A DNA stretch of 64,000 nt, taken from contig JAQGDQ010000257.1 of assembly GCA_030141605.1 (NCBI GenBank), positions 62,001 through 126,000 on the forward strand, in the 5' to 3' direction. Of the stretch, positions 63,860 through 64,000 are shown in pieces. The position numbers were made by a program, and so were the translations under genes. The first letter of the stretch is position 1. The number at the start of each line of letters is the position of its first letter. Origin of the DNA: Tubiluchus corallicola. Taxonomy: Eukaryota > Animalia > Priapulida. Under the pieces are notes generated by a model. It was not told the origin of the DNA and made no database searches. It saw only the letters and a program-made list of their open reading frames with translations.

Positions 63860-64000
63860 GTAAGCTAACAGACTTTTTAATCAACACTAACTGATCATAA
63901 TTTATGAAATTATATAAATTATATATCAATTTTACAAATTAATATAAAATATCAACATCAGATAAAGTGCCAGAAAACAGAATTCCTAAACTTAACATTT

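Overview
AT-rich, intron-rich genomic DNA from an animal, probably an invertebrate bilaterian; the taxon cannot be determined from the sequence. Three protein-coding genes were reconstructed by hand with phase-consistent splicing. (1) Minus strand: the 5' part of a bark beetle/anakonda-like SRCR + CUB + beta-helix receptor, 16 exons from 25291 to 1, about 1190 codons, running off the left edge. (2) Minus strand: a complete 12-coding-exon gene (41111 to 30041, 598 aa) encoding signal peptide + Reeler + two DOMON domains + hydrophobic tail; it is FRRS1-like but lacks cytochrome b561. (3) Plus strand: the 5' part of a TEAD/scalloped gene, with TEA-domain exons at 53640-53892 and 63720-63859. Introns and intergenic DNA carry MITEs, decayed LINEs, tRNA-like SINE heads, minisatellites and microsatellites. 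The most notable oddities are an intact 5S-rRNA-headed SINE with a 6-bp TSD, an 11-copy minisatellite built from a real splice acceptor (every intact decoy copy leads to a stop), a second duplicated poison acceptor paired with a GC donor, apparent intron sliding between the two DOMON modules, and a decayed Dscam-like Ig exon upstream of the TEAD coding start. No prokaryotic-type system (CRISPR etc.) is present.
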